A stretch of DNA of 64,000 nucleotides from Macrostomum lignano (GCA_002269645.1 NIVC01001088.1:10019-74018); one strand, 5' to 3'. Shown: positions 25,501-39,200, counted from the first letter of the stretch. Made by a program: numbers and translations. Notes: generated by a model not told the origin, from the sequence alone.

Positions 25501-28500
25501 ACCAGATTTTCAATCTAGAGTCATACAATGACCAGAGCTTCAATCTAGAGTCATAAAATGACCAGATTTTCAATCTAGAGTCATAAAATGACCAGATTTT
25601 CAATCTAGAGTCATAAAATGACCAGATTTTCAATCTAGAGTCATACAAAGAATAAATTTCTAATCTAGAGTCATGCATGCAGAATGACCAGAGGTTTCCA
25701 ATTTAAAGTCATGCAATGACCAGATTTTCTATATCCAATCATTAAATGATGAGATTTCTAGTATTACCAAGTTTTTTAATTAGAAATCACTATCTAAAAT
25801 GAAACTCCTCATCTTTTAATCCTTGGAGCAGCAGCACCCGGAGACGGGCGCTCAGGTGGCGCAGACGGCGCCAATCGGGCGCCAGGGCGCCTCTGCCGGT
25901 GGCAGCTTCTCGCGGCGCGAATTCCGAGACGATGCCGTTGAGGACAGCGACACCGGGCCAGGGCGTCACAGCCCCGGAGACACCACCGGTAAGTCATTCG
26001 GGACCTGGGATGAGGGTCACATGCGGCAGAATTTAGTGTCAGCAATGGCGCCAAATTGAATTTCAAAAGTGGCGCCAAACTGGATGTCAGCTATGGTGTT
26101 AAATTAAATCTCAACAATGGCGCCGAATTAAATGCCAAAAATGGCGCCAAAATGAATGTCAATAAAAGCGCCGTACTATCCAAACCGTTTTCTTTTGTTA
26201 GAGTGTCAGTAAGGGTTAAAGCGCCAAGGGAGGCAGAGACGCAGTAGAGAGATAATGAGGGATGCGCCAAAAATCGAGTGGCGCCAAAAGACGTGTGTCA
26301 GAGTGGCGCCAAAAGACGTCTGTCAGAGTGGCGCCAAAAGATGACTGTCAGAGTGGCGCCAAAAGACGATTGTCAGAGTGGCGCCAAAAGACGACAGTCA
26401 GAGTGGCGCCAAAAGACGACTGGCAGAGTGGGACAAAAGACGACTGTCAGAGTGGCGCCAAAAGACGTGTGTCAGAGTGGCGCCAAAAGACGTCTGTCAG
26501 AGTGGCGCCAAAAGATGACTGTCAGAGTGGCGCCAAAAGACGATTGTCAGAGTGGCGCCAAAAGACGACAGTCAGAGTGGCGCCAAAAGACGACTGGCAG
26601 AGTGGGACAAAAGACGACTGTCAGAGTGGCGCCAAAAGACGTGTGTCAGAGTGGCGCCAAAAGAGGTGTGTCAGAGTGGGACAAAAGACGTGTGTCAGAG
26701 TGGCGCCAAAAGACGTGTGTCAGAGTGGCGCCAAAAGACGTGTGTCAGAGTGGTGCCAAAAGACGATTGTCAGATTGGCGCCAAAAGACGACTGTCAGAG
26801 TGGGACAAAAAAGACGACTGTCAGAGTGGCGCCAAAAGACGATTGTCAGAGTGGCGCCAAAAGACGTGTGTCAGAGTGGCGCCAAAAGACGTGTGTCAGA
26901 GTGGCGCCAAAAGACGTGTGTCAGAGTGGCGCCAAAAGACGATTGTCAGAGTGGCGCCTAAAAGACGACTGTCAGAGTGGGACAAAAAAGACGACTGTCA
27001 GAGTGGCGCCAAAAGACGATTGTCAGAGTGGCGCCAAAAGACTTGTGTCAGAGTGGCGCCAAAAGACGACTGTCAGAGTGGCGCCAAAAGACGACTGTGA
27101 TCAACTTATTAAACAGCAATAAAAAGATTCGTTCGCCCTCCGTTCATGCGCCCGCAGGCTCCGAGTACGAGCCCGGACACAACCTTCCCCGCGTTGGCTC
27201 GGCCGAGTCGCTGGCCTCGGACACATCCGTGATGGACATGCAGCCGGACGTGTCGCCAATCGGTCAGGTGGAGATCGGGCTTGAGTACGACAGGGACGTC
27301 TCCGAGCTGGTGGTGTCGCTCATCCAGGGTCGGGATCTGGCCTCCAGCGACGCCACCGGAGTCTGCGACATGGACTTCTTCGCCAGCCTGGCCGTAGTGC
27401 CCGACGTGGCCAACATGAAGTCCCAAACTAAGGTGAGCGGCTCTTGACGAAAACTACGAGCCGTAAATAGATCATTAGAATCTAGATCTATAAATCAGAT
27501 AGATCATTAGATCATTAGAGTCTAGATCTATAAACCAGATAGATCATTAGATCATTAGAATCTAGATCTATAAACCAGATAGATCATTAGAATCTAGATC
27601 TATAAACCAGATAGATCATTAGAATCTAGATCTATAAACCAGATAGATCATTAGATCATTAGAATCTAGATCTATAAACTAGATGGATCATTAGAATCTA
27701 GATCTATAAACCAGATAGATCATTAGAATCTAGATCTATAAACCAGATAGATCATTAGATCATTAGAATCTAGATCTATAAACCAGATAGATCATTAGAT
27801 CATTAGAATCTAGATCTATAAACCAGATAGATCATTAGATCATTAGAATCTAGATCTATAAACCAGATAGATCATTAGATCATTAGAATCTAGATCTATA
27901 AACCAGATAGATCATTAGATCATTAGAATCTAGATCTATAAACCAGATAGATCATTAGATCATTAGAATCTAGATCTATAAACCAGATAGATCATTAGAT
28001 CATTAGAATCTAGATCTATAAACCAGATAGATCATTAGATCATTAGAATCTAGATCTATAAACCAGATAGATCATTAGATCATTAGAATCTAGATCTATA
28101 AACTAGATAGATCATTAGAATCTAGATCTATAAACCAGATAAATCATTAGATCATTAGAATCTAGATCTATAAACTAGATGGATCATTAGAATCTAGATC
28201 TATAAACCAGATAGATCATTAGAATCTAGATCTATAAACCAGATAGATCATTAGATCATTAGAATCTAGATCTATAAACCAGATAGATCATTAGATCATT
28301 AGAATCTAGATCTATAAACCAGATAGATCATTAGATCATTAGAATCTAGATCTATAAACCAGATAGATCATTAGATCATTAGAATCTAGATCTATAAACC
28401 AGATAGATCATTAGATCATTAGAATCTAGATCTATAAACTAGATAGATCATTAGAATCTAGATCTATAAACCAGATAAATCATTAGATCATTAGAATCTA

Positions 28501-30595
28501 GATCTATAAACTAGACTATCTTCAGGAGATCGATCTTTGGGACCTAGGTCCATAGAAAACTAGACTAGACGGATTGTTAAAATCCAGTTCTACGAAAACG
28601 CATGAGGATTGATGGTGCTACAATCTGCATAGGACAGGTATAATGTTGTATGGGACAGGTTATAACCAATGTGTGAACATATCCTCAACATCGCAGGTTG
28701 TCAAGCGGAACCCCAATCCCGTATTCAAAGAGCGGTTCCTGTACAGCCTGGAGCCGCACCAGCTGGCCCAGAAGTCGCTGCAGCTGCAGATGTTCAGCGT
28801 TGACAAGTACGCCAGGCAGAAGCACATCGGCGAGACTGAAATCAGGCTCGCTGACGTGGATCTGCAGCGACCGCTTCGTCTATGGCTCAACCTGCGCGAA
28901 CTCGACCAGGTGAGCAGCTGTTTCTTTAACTGCTACCCCAACCCCAACCCCAATGACCCAATAAAAATATCAAAACAGCCGCGTGCTTTCGATCTCAACA
29001 TTGCAGAAACCGTCAGACTTTGGCGAGCTGATGTTCTCTCTCAGCTACCTGCCAACTGCCGAACGACTCACCGTGGTCATTGTGAAGGCAAAGAACTTGA
29101 AGTGGCCTCGCCAAGATCAGTCGGTTGGCGGTGAGTGTGTAACACGCGGTATTTGGCAGCACCACAAACACGAAGGCCCCGTGAGGCAGTGATCGCTTTA
29201 TTTATGCAAGTTGAAGTTAAGCCTGCGATGTACATAGAGAGCGAACGTACATTAAATCAATACGATGATTCAGCTAATTATTTGTCACGATTGCTAACAG
29301 TTCAGACTGCCTCTAAGGCAAGGAATAAAATATTACAAGTGGAGGGAGGCAGATTAACTCGATAAAATTTATTTCCAAAGATCGCAATCCCTTTGATGTG
29401 CCACGCCCTGCAGTGATTCCCCTCCAATTCCTTTGATGTACCGCCGCCCTCTAGAGATTCCCTCCAATCCTTTTGATGTACCGCCGCCCTCCAGAGATTC
29501 CCCTCCAATCCCTTTGATGTACCGCCGCCCTCCAGAGATTCCCCTCCAATCCCTTTGATGTACCGCCGCCCTCCAGAGATTCCCCTCCAATCCCTTCGAT
29601 ATGCCACCGACCTCCAGAGATTCTCAACCCCCAATCCCTTTGATGTACCGCTGCCCTCCAGAGATTCCCCTCCAATCCCTTTGATGTACCGCTGCCCTCC
29701 AGAGATTCCCCTCCAATCCCTTTGATGTACCGCTGCCCTCCAGAGATTCCCCTCCAATCCCTTTGATGTGCCGCCCTTAACCTCGTCAGGCGGACAAGCA
29801 TTTGGCACTCAATACCCATTGCAGACGTGCTGGTAAAAGTGCATCTGCTGCAGGGCGGCAAGCGGGTAGCCAAAAAGAAGACATCGGTAAAGCGCAGCGA
29901 AAGCCAGCCCACCTACAACGAGGCGATGATATTTAGTGTGTCACAGGCCTCTCTGTCGGTGAGAACTGTTTTACAATTACATGTTTATTTGCTCCAATTA
30001 GCCTTAAAATTACCATTTAAATAGCCAAATTATATACCATAATCAGCTCGATTACACTAGCTAAGCGGCTTTAGAGTTTATAAAATATAAATTGTCTGCA
30101 AATTGGACCAGACTTGAGACAGCGCACTGCACAATTGATTTATGGGTTATTATGCTGAAATAATTTTATAGGGAGACAGAGGGAGAGACAGAGGTAGAGA
30201 CATGGAGAAACATAGGGAGAGACGGAGGGAGAGACGGAGGGAGAGACGGAGGGAGAGACAATGAGAGACATGGAGAGACAGAGGGAGAGGCAATGCGAGA
30301 CAGAGGGAGAGGCAGTGCGAGACAGAGGGAGAGACAGAGGGATAGACAGAGGGAGAGACAATGAGAGACGGAGGGAGAGACGGAGGGAGACAGTACCTTC
30401 TACTCTCTCTTTCATCTCCAGTCCGTCCAGCTCCGCCTAACCGTGGCCGAATTGCGCAGCGACGGCCGGCTCAGCAGCATCGGTCACGTGATAATCGGCT
30501 CGCAGGCTGGCGGAGCCGAGCTGACGCACTGGCAGCAGATGGTCACCTCGCTGCGCAAACCCGTTGCCATGTGGCATCATTTGCGGAAGAAATGA
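22538..30595 (+). CDS. SYT12: Synaptotagmin-12-like (N-terminal TM, linker, C2A, C2B). Exons 22538-22711, 25829(or 25832/25835)-25988, 27158-27432, 28697-28909, 29007-29130, 29825-29958, 30422-30595; about 417 aa
   Basis: [25 protein letters not shown]2[34 protein letters not shown]2[68 protein letters not shown], matching Syt12 as recalled. All junctions are GT-AG and phase-consistent. Confidence 0.88.
22790..23760. repeat. (CCAT/CCAC/CCGC)n compound microsatellite in SYT12 intron 1
   Basis: Visible directly; accounts for the HPSI/MDGW ORFs. Confidence 0.96.
24370..24865. repeat. 15/16-bp alternating minisatellite GAGGCGCCAGCATTA / GAGGCGCCAGCACCAT
   Basis: Visible directly; mostly 31-bp dimers. 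Confidence 0.95.
25270..25680. repeat. 30-bp minisatellite GACCAGATTTTCAATCTAGAGTCATAAAAT
   Basis: About 13 units; 10-aa period in the antisense ORF. Confidence 0.93.
26262..27095. repeat. 25-bp minisatellite GTCAGAGTGGCGCCAAAAGACGACT in SYT12 intron 2
   Basis: About 33 units; period measured at 26821/26846/26871. Confidence 0.96.
27466..28515. repeat. 32/40-bp AT-rich minisatellite ATCTATAAACCAGATAG(ATCATTAG)1-2AATCTAG
   Basis: Visible directly in SYT12 intron 3. Confidence 0.95.
29385..29775. repeat. 41-bp minisatellite GAGATTCCCCTCCAATCCCTTTGATGTACCGCCGCCCTCCA
   Basis: About 9 units in SYT12 intron 5. Confidence 0.93.
30172..30392. repeat. GA-rich repeat (GGGAGAGACGGA-like) in SYT12 intron 6
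   Basis: Visible directly. Confidence 0.88.
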
Positions 30596-30904
30596 ATTCT
30601 AAGAAACAGCTATTTAGGCTGAGTGAGGATGGCTGGATTACCCCCATCTTATCGATCTGAGTATGCGTGAGCACGAGCAGAAAAAAGCAGATAGTGAATT
30701 CGATTAAACATGAGTAAGCTCGTCTCTTGTCTTTTCTTACACGAATGTTTCTGTTCTGGTCTGTTAATATGCTGCTCGCGTGTGTTGTTATGACCTGATA
30801 TTTATGATTCATGTTTATATACTGTTTGGATCTGTAATGTTCTGTTCTGATCTTTTATACACTTTTCTGTTTTCATTGTACTTATTTTGTATTTTTGTTG
30901 TGCT

Positions 30905-31945
30905 CCAGTCTGTAATGTACTGTTCCAGTCTGTAATGTACTGATCCAGTCTTTAATGTGTACTGTTCCAGTCTGTAATGTACTGATCCAGTCTTTAATGT
31001 GTACTGTTCCAGTCTGTAATGTACTGATCCAATCTGTAATGTACTGATCCAGTCTGTAATGTACTGATCCGATCTGTAATGTGTACTGTTCCTGTCTGTA
31101 ATGTCTACTGTTCCAGTCTGTAATGTGTACTGTTCCTGTCTGTAATGTACTGATCCAGTCTTTAATGTGTACTGTTCCAGTCTGTAATGTACTGATCCAA
31201 TCTGTAATGTACTGATCCAGTCTGTAATGTACTGATCCGATCTGTAATGTGTACTGTTCCTGTCTGTTATGTCTACTGTTCCAGTCTGTAATGTGTACTG
31301 TTCCAGTCTGTAATGTACTGATCCAATCTGTAATGTACTGATCCAGTCTGTAATGTACTGTTCCAGTCTGTAATGTGTACTGTTCCTGTCTGTAATGTCT
31401 ACTGTTCCAGTCTGTAATGTGTACTGTTCCAGTCTGTAATGTACTGTTCCAGTCTGTAATGTGTACTATTTCAGTCTGTAATGTGCACTGTTCCAGTCTG
31501 TAATGTACTGTTTCAGTCTGTAATTTTTACTATTCCAGTCTGTAATGTGTACTGTTCCAGTCTGTAATGTGTACTGTTCCAGTCTGTAATGTGTACTGTT
31601 TCAGTCTGTAATGTGTACTGTTCCAGTCTGTAATGTGTACTGTTCCAGTCTGTAATGTGTACTGTTCCAGTCTGTAATGTGTACTATTTCAGTCTGTAAT
31701 GTGCACTGTTCCAGTCTGTAATGTACTGTTTCAGTCTGTAATTTGTACTATTCCAGTCTGTAATGTGTACTGTTCCAGTCTGTAATGTGTACTGTTCCAG
31801 TCTGTAATGTGTACTGTTCCAGTCTGTAATGTGTACTGTTCCAGTCTGTAATGTGTACTGTTCCAGTCTGTAATGTACTGTTCCAGTCTGTAATGTACTG
31901 ATCCAATCTGTAATGTACTGATCCAGTCTGTAATGTACTGATCCA
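30905..31945. repeat. 20/22-bp minisatellite CCAGTCTGTAATGT(GT)ACTGTT
   Basis: About 48 units downstream of SYT12. Confidence 0.95.
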
Positions 31946-34240
31946 GCCTGTGTCTGCACTCTACTGCTCCTAACAGCATTCTTATGTCTAATCGAAAACA
32001 TGAAATTGTTTAAATTTATACTCAGTTGACATATAAACACCCGACAGTTGACATCTTGTCAAACACAAAGATACATTTAGTTGAAGACATTTATTATCTT
32101 TAGGATTAGTGATTGGCTACACAGTATAGCCGCACAGCTCAGCAAGGGGATTATAATGAACGATGGGCAAATAGAGCTTGCAAGAGACCGCGGACGGGCT
32201 TCGGCTACTCATGAATAATCCATCGGTAGAAGCATCGAAGGCTTATACATGTACATGTAGGGTAGGCTTATAGCAATTGCCCCAGGGAATTGCGCCCGGC
32301 TCTTGGCTTAGCTAGCTATGGGAAATTAGATAGCAAAGGCAGGCGCGCCGAAAGCTCAACCAAAATGCCACTGGGCCACTGCACTGTGCCCTTCGGAATA
32401 TTAAATGCAACAACGTGTCCTTCGGTCTCTTTGCTTCTTCTCTATAACGTTTCTTGTTTTTTGGGTTATTTTTTCTTAGTCTCATGTTACTAGTTTGTCT
32501 TAATATTTAAAAGCTATTTTTAATTCAAAATAGTCCGCTTTCTCATTAAAATGACACACTCCTCTTACTTGTAGTAGTGTGATACATGCGTTAATTATTT
32601 TTGTTGTTTTAATCTAATTCTTGAATTGAATTGTTCTATAATTATTCAATATTATTGACACCAGAAACAGATAATTAATTTCTTTAACTTTTAGCTTATT
32701 TTGTTGAGTCTAACCATATTAAATTTAATCTTCTGCCTATATTATATAATTGTTCTGTTTGTTGTTGGTCTCCGCGAACGCAGATTTAGAGTCTGTGTGC
32801 AAACCACACAAATGATATAATTGACTATGCTAATTAATAATTTATTCGATATGTACTGCAAAATGTTATTATGCCATGGTACATGTATGTGGTTTAGTTT
32901 AAAACATCAATTAAATTCTTAACTCATTTCAGCACTAATTGTTAGTTTTCATCATTTAGACCTACAGATTAAGTTATAGTATTTTTGCAATTCTGAATTC
33001 TGATAATGTTATACCTTCTTTCGAAACATTTCTTATTGCATTGTTCAAGCATATTTGGACCAAAGTATTTGTCCTTAATTTTAAATACATGTAATAATAG
33101 TATCTTTAATTGCTGTTGCACTGGTTTAAAATACATATTCGTTAAAAGATTGTCACTTTTTTGTTCCGGAAATTTTGTAAAGATTATAGCTATCCGAATA
33201 AAACGTAAAAGAAAAAAGAATTTGATTACTTACCAATATAGATAGTAGCTTTGGTTTTTTAACCAGTTACTGTTACTCTAATTATTTAAAACATACATTT
33301 TTATTTTTATTATCGCGTGCTTGGCATATACGAGCGTATTACGACTGAATAAATATACTTTCCTTTGTCAGTTTTATTTTCTGTTCACTTTTCGCTAACA
33401 TTTTATAGCTAATAGCTGAAAACTTTGTGCACACGTTAATATAAAGAAAGTACTATAGTATATTTTTGTTGCCAAATACATATACAGTATATATAGCTAT
33501 AGCAATGTTGTCAATGAATATATGCAATTCAGATAAACGATCAAATTTTGATGGGTCATAATTTTGTTATAGCTAAACTCTTTCGTGTTTGTGCCTGTAC
33601 TTAGCATGCGCATTTAATTTTTTTGGTTGAATTAGGCCCTGCATGGGGATGGTATATAATTGCAAAGCATCGGAGAAATACGAGTACTAATATTAAAAGT
33701 ACTATTAAAACTATTACTATTACAGTAATATTAAAATTTTCCCTATACATTTTTTGTATTGTCTAAGAATTAAAATTTGTCAAAAATCATTGCTATATTT
33801 GTGTTAATGTGTTACAGAAAAAATAAATTCCTACGTTATTCCGCTCGCTTTAATCAGTTTGATGTACGCTCGTACTCTCTACAATTTACCCAAGAAATCT
33901 GCGTTTTTATTTGTTACATTATCTGTACAAGCACTTCCAGCCATCTTGCTGTGTGATCACGACCACTCAGTCCACAGTTTCTATATGTTTAGCTGCATAT
34001 GTACAAATCATAATGTATCGAACATTCCTAAATATGTCATATCAGACCATCAAATTTAATCAATTAGCATATTCTGCTGGTACTTTAAATTTAAAACTAA
34101 TTAGAAATTAGAAAAAATAGCACTCGACACCCAAGCTCCACACTTGTCTTTTGCCACTCTAGACATATATTTGGCACTTATTCAATACATGTACTTGGCA
34201 CACGCTTTATAGATGTGATAATTGCTTGCGTTGTGGATTA

Positions 34241-35285
34241 GAACAGTAACATAGATTCTAGTAACTCGAGAGCTAAGTTCATATTAACAAAGTACTTCAA
34301 CAACAAAAAAAGATTAGCCACATTAGCAATAACAGAACCTCATTAGTTAGAAAATTTATGCTTCAATCGATAGCCATTGAGAAGGTACGCAATAGAAAAC
34401 AACTACCGCGGTCAGTAGGTGTTCAAACAGGACAATTTATTAATAAATTAACAGTCAAATAATCAGTATACTAGCGCGGCGCTCTCATGTACCAGCCGGC
34501 AGCGGCCCAGGCTCGATTCCAAGTGCAGTCACAGTATTTTTGGGGGCTAAATTGGGATCTCGGCTTGGCTCTGCTTTCGCAATTAATGCCAATTAGCTTG
34601 AGGGGCGTACATGTACGTATCCGCGCGCCTGTGTGCCTCAGGGGAGTCGGCGGAATGGGCAGTAACAATGTCTCTCGCCGATTGTGTGACAATGTCGCTT
34701 TAAGTGTTGCCAGGGTGCACGCAGCCCCGCAGTCTCTTTCATTCTCATTCGTAATCATTCTCAGTTGGGTCGGAAGTGATCCTCATTTTTTCTACTGATT
34801 GAACGTGCCATCAAAAACATGGCATCTGAGAGTGCACTTGACTGAACATCGGCAGTCAGCACTCGCTAGAGTAAGTGAAATCGGAATAGCGTATTATCCC
34901 ACAGAAGTATTTGTTTCAGCGTAATTCTTTTCAACGGCAACCCAAAATAGAACCATAATTTTTTCAAACGATTTTTGATTGTAGAAAGTAGATACTGTCA
35001 GTATAAAACAGAGCACACACTCATGTTGCACTACAGCTTTTTCGTTTTGTCATGAGTATAATTAATTTTTGGACACCCCTCGCTTGTACTAGCGTACTAG
35101 TATACCAATAGTACTGGTATAGTACTGGAGAAGTATACCAATAACTCGTATACCAATTGCGCGACGAACTTTAAACACCCAGTGGCCTACTGCTACTACA
35201 ATGGAGACTTGCCTCAGTCTCAACTCTCTTTCTTTTTTCTTCTTTAATAAGCTTGCAGTAATGCTAGAGAAACACGGATTCATTA
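34241..35285. repeat. Unclassified dispersed repeat; second, shorter copy at 40956-41185
   Basis: Shared blocks GAACAGTAACATA..AAGTTCATATTAACA, CATGAGTATAATTA.TTTTTGGACAC, GCGCGACGAACTTTAAACAC, GAGACTTGCCTCAGTCTCAACTCTCTTT and GAAACACGGAT occur in the same order in both copies. Confidence 0.75.
34475..34735 (+). mobile_element. Diverged copy of the tRNA-derived SINE at 54082
   Basis: Shares CCCAGGCTCGATTCCAAGTGCAGTCACA..TCTCGGCTTGGCTCTGCT and CGTATCCGCGCGC..CAGGGGAGTCGGCGGAATGGGCAGTAA..GCCAGGGTGCAC with the 54-kb copy. Confidence 0.8.
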
Positions 35286-35340
35286 CTAAGCGAACTATTA
35301 TTCTTAAAAAGAATAATTTTAAGAAGAAAAGCAAAGACGC

Positions 35341-35520
35341 CCAATTTGGCAACTCGGATACCCAATATGGCACTCAAACACTCACTTTGGCCCTCTGACA
35401 ACCAATTTGGCACTCTAACACTCACTTTAACCCTCTGACAACCAATTTGGCACTCTAACACTCACTTTGACACCCTGACACTCACTTTGGCACCCTGACA
35501 ACCGATTTGGCACTCTGAAA
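35341..35520. repeat. About 40-bp (2x20) tandem repeat CCAATTTGGCACTCTAACACTCACTTT..CCCTCTGACAA
   Basis: Period 40 at 35362/35402/35442. Confidence 0.85.
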
Positions 35521-36030
35521 ACCATAATTTCGCACTCGTTTTAAAAGTACCAAATTGCCTATTTCAATATCGAACTAATGGATTTAAGTTAGTGAGATAG
35601 CTGCTGTTTGCTTCCCGATTTAGGCACTAAAGCTTTACCTAAAGTCTCGAGCCTCTACTGTCGGAAGCCTTCTTAGCTCTTAGTAGAGTAGGTAGTGCTG
35701 CCACCAGTTCCTTCAGGTCTCGGCCTTCCGTGAGGTGACCTTCTCGTCGGAAAGAAAGAAACAATTCAACGAACTCAGCACCGTGTGCAGATTTGCAGCT
35801 CAACGGACAAGGAGTCTCGTCAGCAGATCCTACCGGGCTTGGTGGGTGGATGGAAAGGCTGTGTTAGCCTCTCGTAGGCTAGGAGTTGGCTTTAGATGGG
35901 TCTCAGACAGACCAATAACAGAGAGTTAAACGTACATGTACACTCAGACACAGACTCAGACGAGATTCTTAGGGAACACAAGATTGAACAAGAAGAACCT
36001 CCTTGACTGAACCAAGGGTGAGGGGTCTGC

Positions 36031-36176
36031 ATTTATAGTGGGATTCACCCCTGCCTCAACACACAAGACCTCGTGACTTTGTTCTATTTTTAGAACTGAC
36101 GTCACTGGGGTCTCCGGGCAGAGTGCACAAGGCTGTGACTCAGTGTCTATTTTTAGAAACATCAAACTATTTTTAG
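36031..36176 (-). promoter_or_regulatory. Dense promoter/enhancer motif cluster: 3x MEF2-type, CRE, AP-1, TATA; probably the U3 of an LTR-like element
   Basis: CTATTTTTAG at 36084, 36147 and 36167; TGACGTCA at 36097; TGACTCA at 36136; CTATAAAT on the minus strand at 36038-36031. Confidence 0.55.
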
Positions 36177-36285
36177 AGCGCAGAAAACGGGCAGAAAACG
36201 GGAAAGGGAGGACCGCATACAGGCAGACAAAGGGAAGGCGGGAAGCTGATCAGCGGCAGACAGCGACCCAGGGCGAGGGCGAGGG

Positions 36286-39200
36286 CTTGACTTACTTGAC
36301 TTAGCTGCAGGGCTGTCCCGGGGGGACACAGAGGGAACCCGCGAGCGCCCATTCCGCTAATCCCTGAACGGCCGACGCGTCGCTATGAACGAAGGGTTGG
36401 CGCCGCCCAAGGAGGTCCCCCAGTGTCGCCAGCAGCTATAGTACTCTCTGCAGAAAGGAGAGTTCAGCCCTGTGTGTGGCCCGAGGTAAGTGAGTCTGGC
36501 TCGCGTAAAGGCGGGACAGATGCTGACGAAATGCTCAGCGGTTTCGTCACCTGAGTTACAGAAACTACAGATGGCGTTGGTGGCGTTGCCCTGCAGGTAC
36601 TTGTGCCTAGAGAAGCAGCCGTGACTTGAGAGGGTCATGGTGGCAGCCCGGATGTCTCTGCGCGAGAGGCGCAAGAGGAGCTTCCGGAGCTGGTGAGAGG
36701 GCTGAGGGACAGCGCCTCTGGATTGCCTGCAGGTAGTGCAGTTCGCCCAAGCCGAGCGGTGCTGGGTCCTGATCCACGCGTTGATGCGCGAGTCGATGAC
36801 ACAGCCAGGAATCGGGACAAGGGGTTCGGGACCGAGAGAGGAGCCGGAGGCGCCAACTTTTGCTAAGGCGTCAGCCAACTCATTCCCTCGGATCCCCACA
36901 TGCCCCGGAACCCACTTAAGGGTGATTTTGTTGGTGGAGCCCAACATGTTGAGGAGTTGGATACGAGGACTGTAGCAGAACTGGTACTACAGCCACTGAT
37001 GGCGTGCAAGGCAGCTTGGCTGTCCGAATGGAAAATGATGTTCTTACCGGATCCGCCAGTGGCGAGAAGCTCTGCAATGCAGGAGCTGATGGCGAGAACT
37101 TCACTTTGGAAGACACTGGAGTTGACCCCAGTGTACTGAGCGTGGGTTGCGATGACCCTCCCGTTCAGGAAGATTCCAACACCAAAGCCGGTGTTGGCTG
37201 ACTGCTTAGAACCATCGGTGTAGCAGTGAAGCTCCCCATGGTTCCAGTGGTCATTGAAGGTATCGCGCGAGTCGAAAGCTACGGAGTAGCGTTGTCTCAG
37301 GTTGAGCGTTGTTGAGGCAATGCCATCGGTGAAGACGCGATTGGCCTGACACTCGTTGAGAATGTTGAGGCACAGGTCGCTATGCGGGACGAAGTTCCGC
37401 TTAGCAGGTGCCCTCATGTAAAGGAATTTGATACCGGCATCAAGTAAACGCCGCGTCGTTCTAGCCGCCTCACCCCTGATGAAGAGGTCAAGAGGCGGAA
37501 GATTAAGGAAGGCCCCCATGCCGGCAAAGGGCGTGGACCTGGTGGCGTTGCAGATAAGCCTACACGCTCTGTCCTGGATCGTGTTGAGCAAATCTGCATC
37601 GCTTTTGACCTGGGTAGCGCAACCCAGACAACCGATGCAGGTACGTAATGGCAGGTCTAACTACGGAAGTGTAGATCCACCAAAGCCGCTTTGGAGAAAG
37701 ACCCCAAGAAGTGCCAAGTGCTCGTCGGAGCTGGGCCAGGATGACTGAGGCATGCTTGGCTTTTGCTTTCACGTGGAAGGACCAGTTGAGTCGGTGGTCA
37801 AGTATGACCCCGAGACATCTGGTCTGGTGCGCGAAGGCAATATCTCTGCCGTATAACTGCAGAGGTCGTATTCCAGCGTATTCTGCTGGTGAACATAATG
37901 GCAACAGTTTTGGGCTCAGAGAGTTCCAGACCGTTGTCATTGGCCCAGGATTCTGCTTTGCGGATAAAGCTCTGCATCAGATCCCTGAGCGTGCTGAGGG
38001 ACGGCTCTGCCACAATGGCAGTGACGTCGTCAGCATACCCGACTTTGAAGACGGGATCAGGTCGGGAGTCGCCCAGAAGAGCGTCCATGACCAGGTTCCA
38101 GAGCGTCGGGGTGAGGACTTCACCTTGGGGTCCGCCCTTACAAACTTTGGCGGAGGCAGTTTGCCAAAGAAGTTGGGCAGTGACCGTAAGGTTAGAGATC
38201 ATGTACATGATCCACCGTATGAGGGTAGCGTGAGCTTTGCGGTTTTTAAGGGCCCTCTGAAACCCTTTAAAGATAACGTTGTCGAAGGCGCCAACAATCT
38301 CGAGAAAAAGAGCCAGGGCGTAACCGTCATCCATTACCGCCCGTTCAATGTACTCGACTATCGCATGCAGGGCGCTGTCAGTCGACCTCCTGGTACGGAA
38401 GGCTTGCTAGTGATTGCTGAGGTGCACTGCTGTCAGCTCGCATGAAAGCAGCCGCCAGAGAATAGGCCTCTCAGTGAGCTTAAGTATTGCTGACGTTAAG
38501 CTAATTGGCCTAAAGGCCTTGACGCTCTGGTAGTCACCCTTCCCAGGTTTGAGAATGAAGACTACCCGAGCTTCGGTCCAGCACTTGGGAACGTATCCCA
38601 TCTGGATAGAGGCCCGCATGAGATAGCGGGTGAGTCTCAAGAACGAGGGTATCTTGGCTGCTTCACGAAGAACAGGGTAGATACCATCAGGTCCAAGAGA
38701 TTTGAAGGGCTTGAAGGTTCTGACCGCACGAGCGATTAAGTCTTCAGTGATAATGCCCGCCGCTAGGGTGGCTCCATCCATCGAACGGTTGGGTTCCGAT
38801 CTAGCAGTGGGTACCCTCAGGAAGAATGTGCTGAGCATATGCTGAAGCACTTCTTCAGGGTCTTTAGTGAGAGAGCTATCATCTCTTCTGATCATGGCTA
38901 ATTTGGACATTTTTTCCATTGTAAGGGCCTTGACAAGCCTAGAAGTAGGTCTGTCTTGATCCAACTCATTGCAGAATTGGCGCCATTTACATTCCTTGGC
39001 TTTGCGCACTTCAGATTTCAAGTTGTGGGAGGCTTGTCGGAAAAGTTCCATGTCCTCTGGGTTTCCGGTCTTCATGGTACGGCGTGAAGGCTTTTGGCCT
39101 TCCGCCTGAGTTTCCCCAGCTCCGGGTTCCACCACGGCGCCGAGGTCTTGTCTTTGTATAGGCACGGACAGGGCAGGCCGCTTCATAGGCTGCAATAATG

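Noticed and set aside
26262-28515. CRISPR-like appearance of 25-41-bp repeats
   Set aside because: Units are head-to-tail without unique spacers, no cas genes, and the context is eukaryotic introns.
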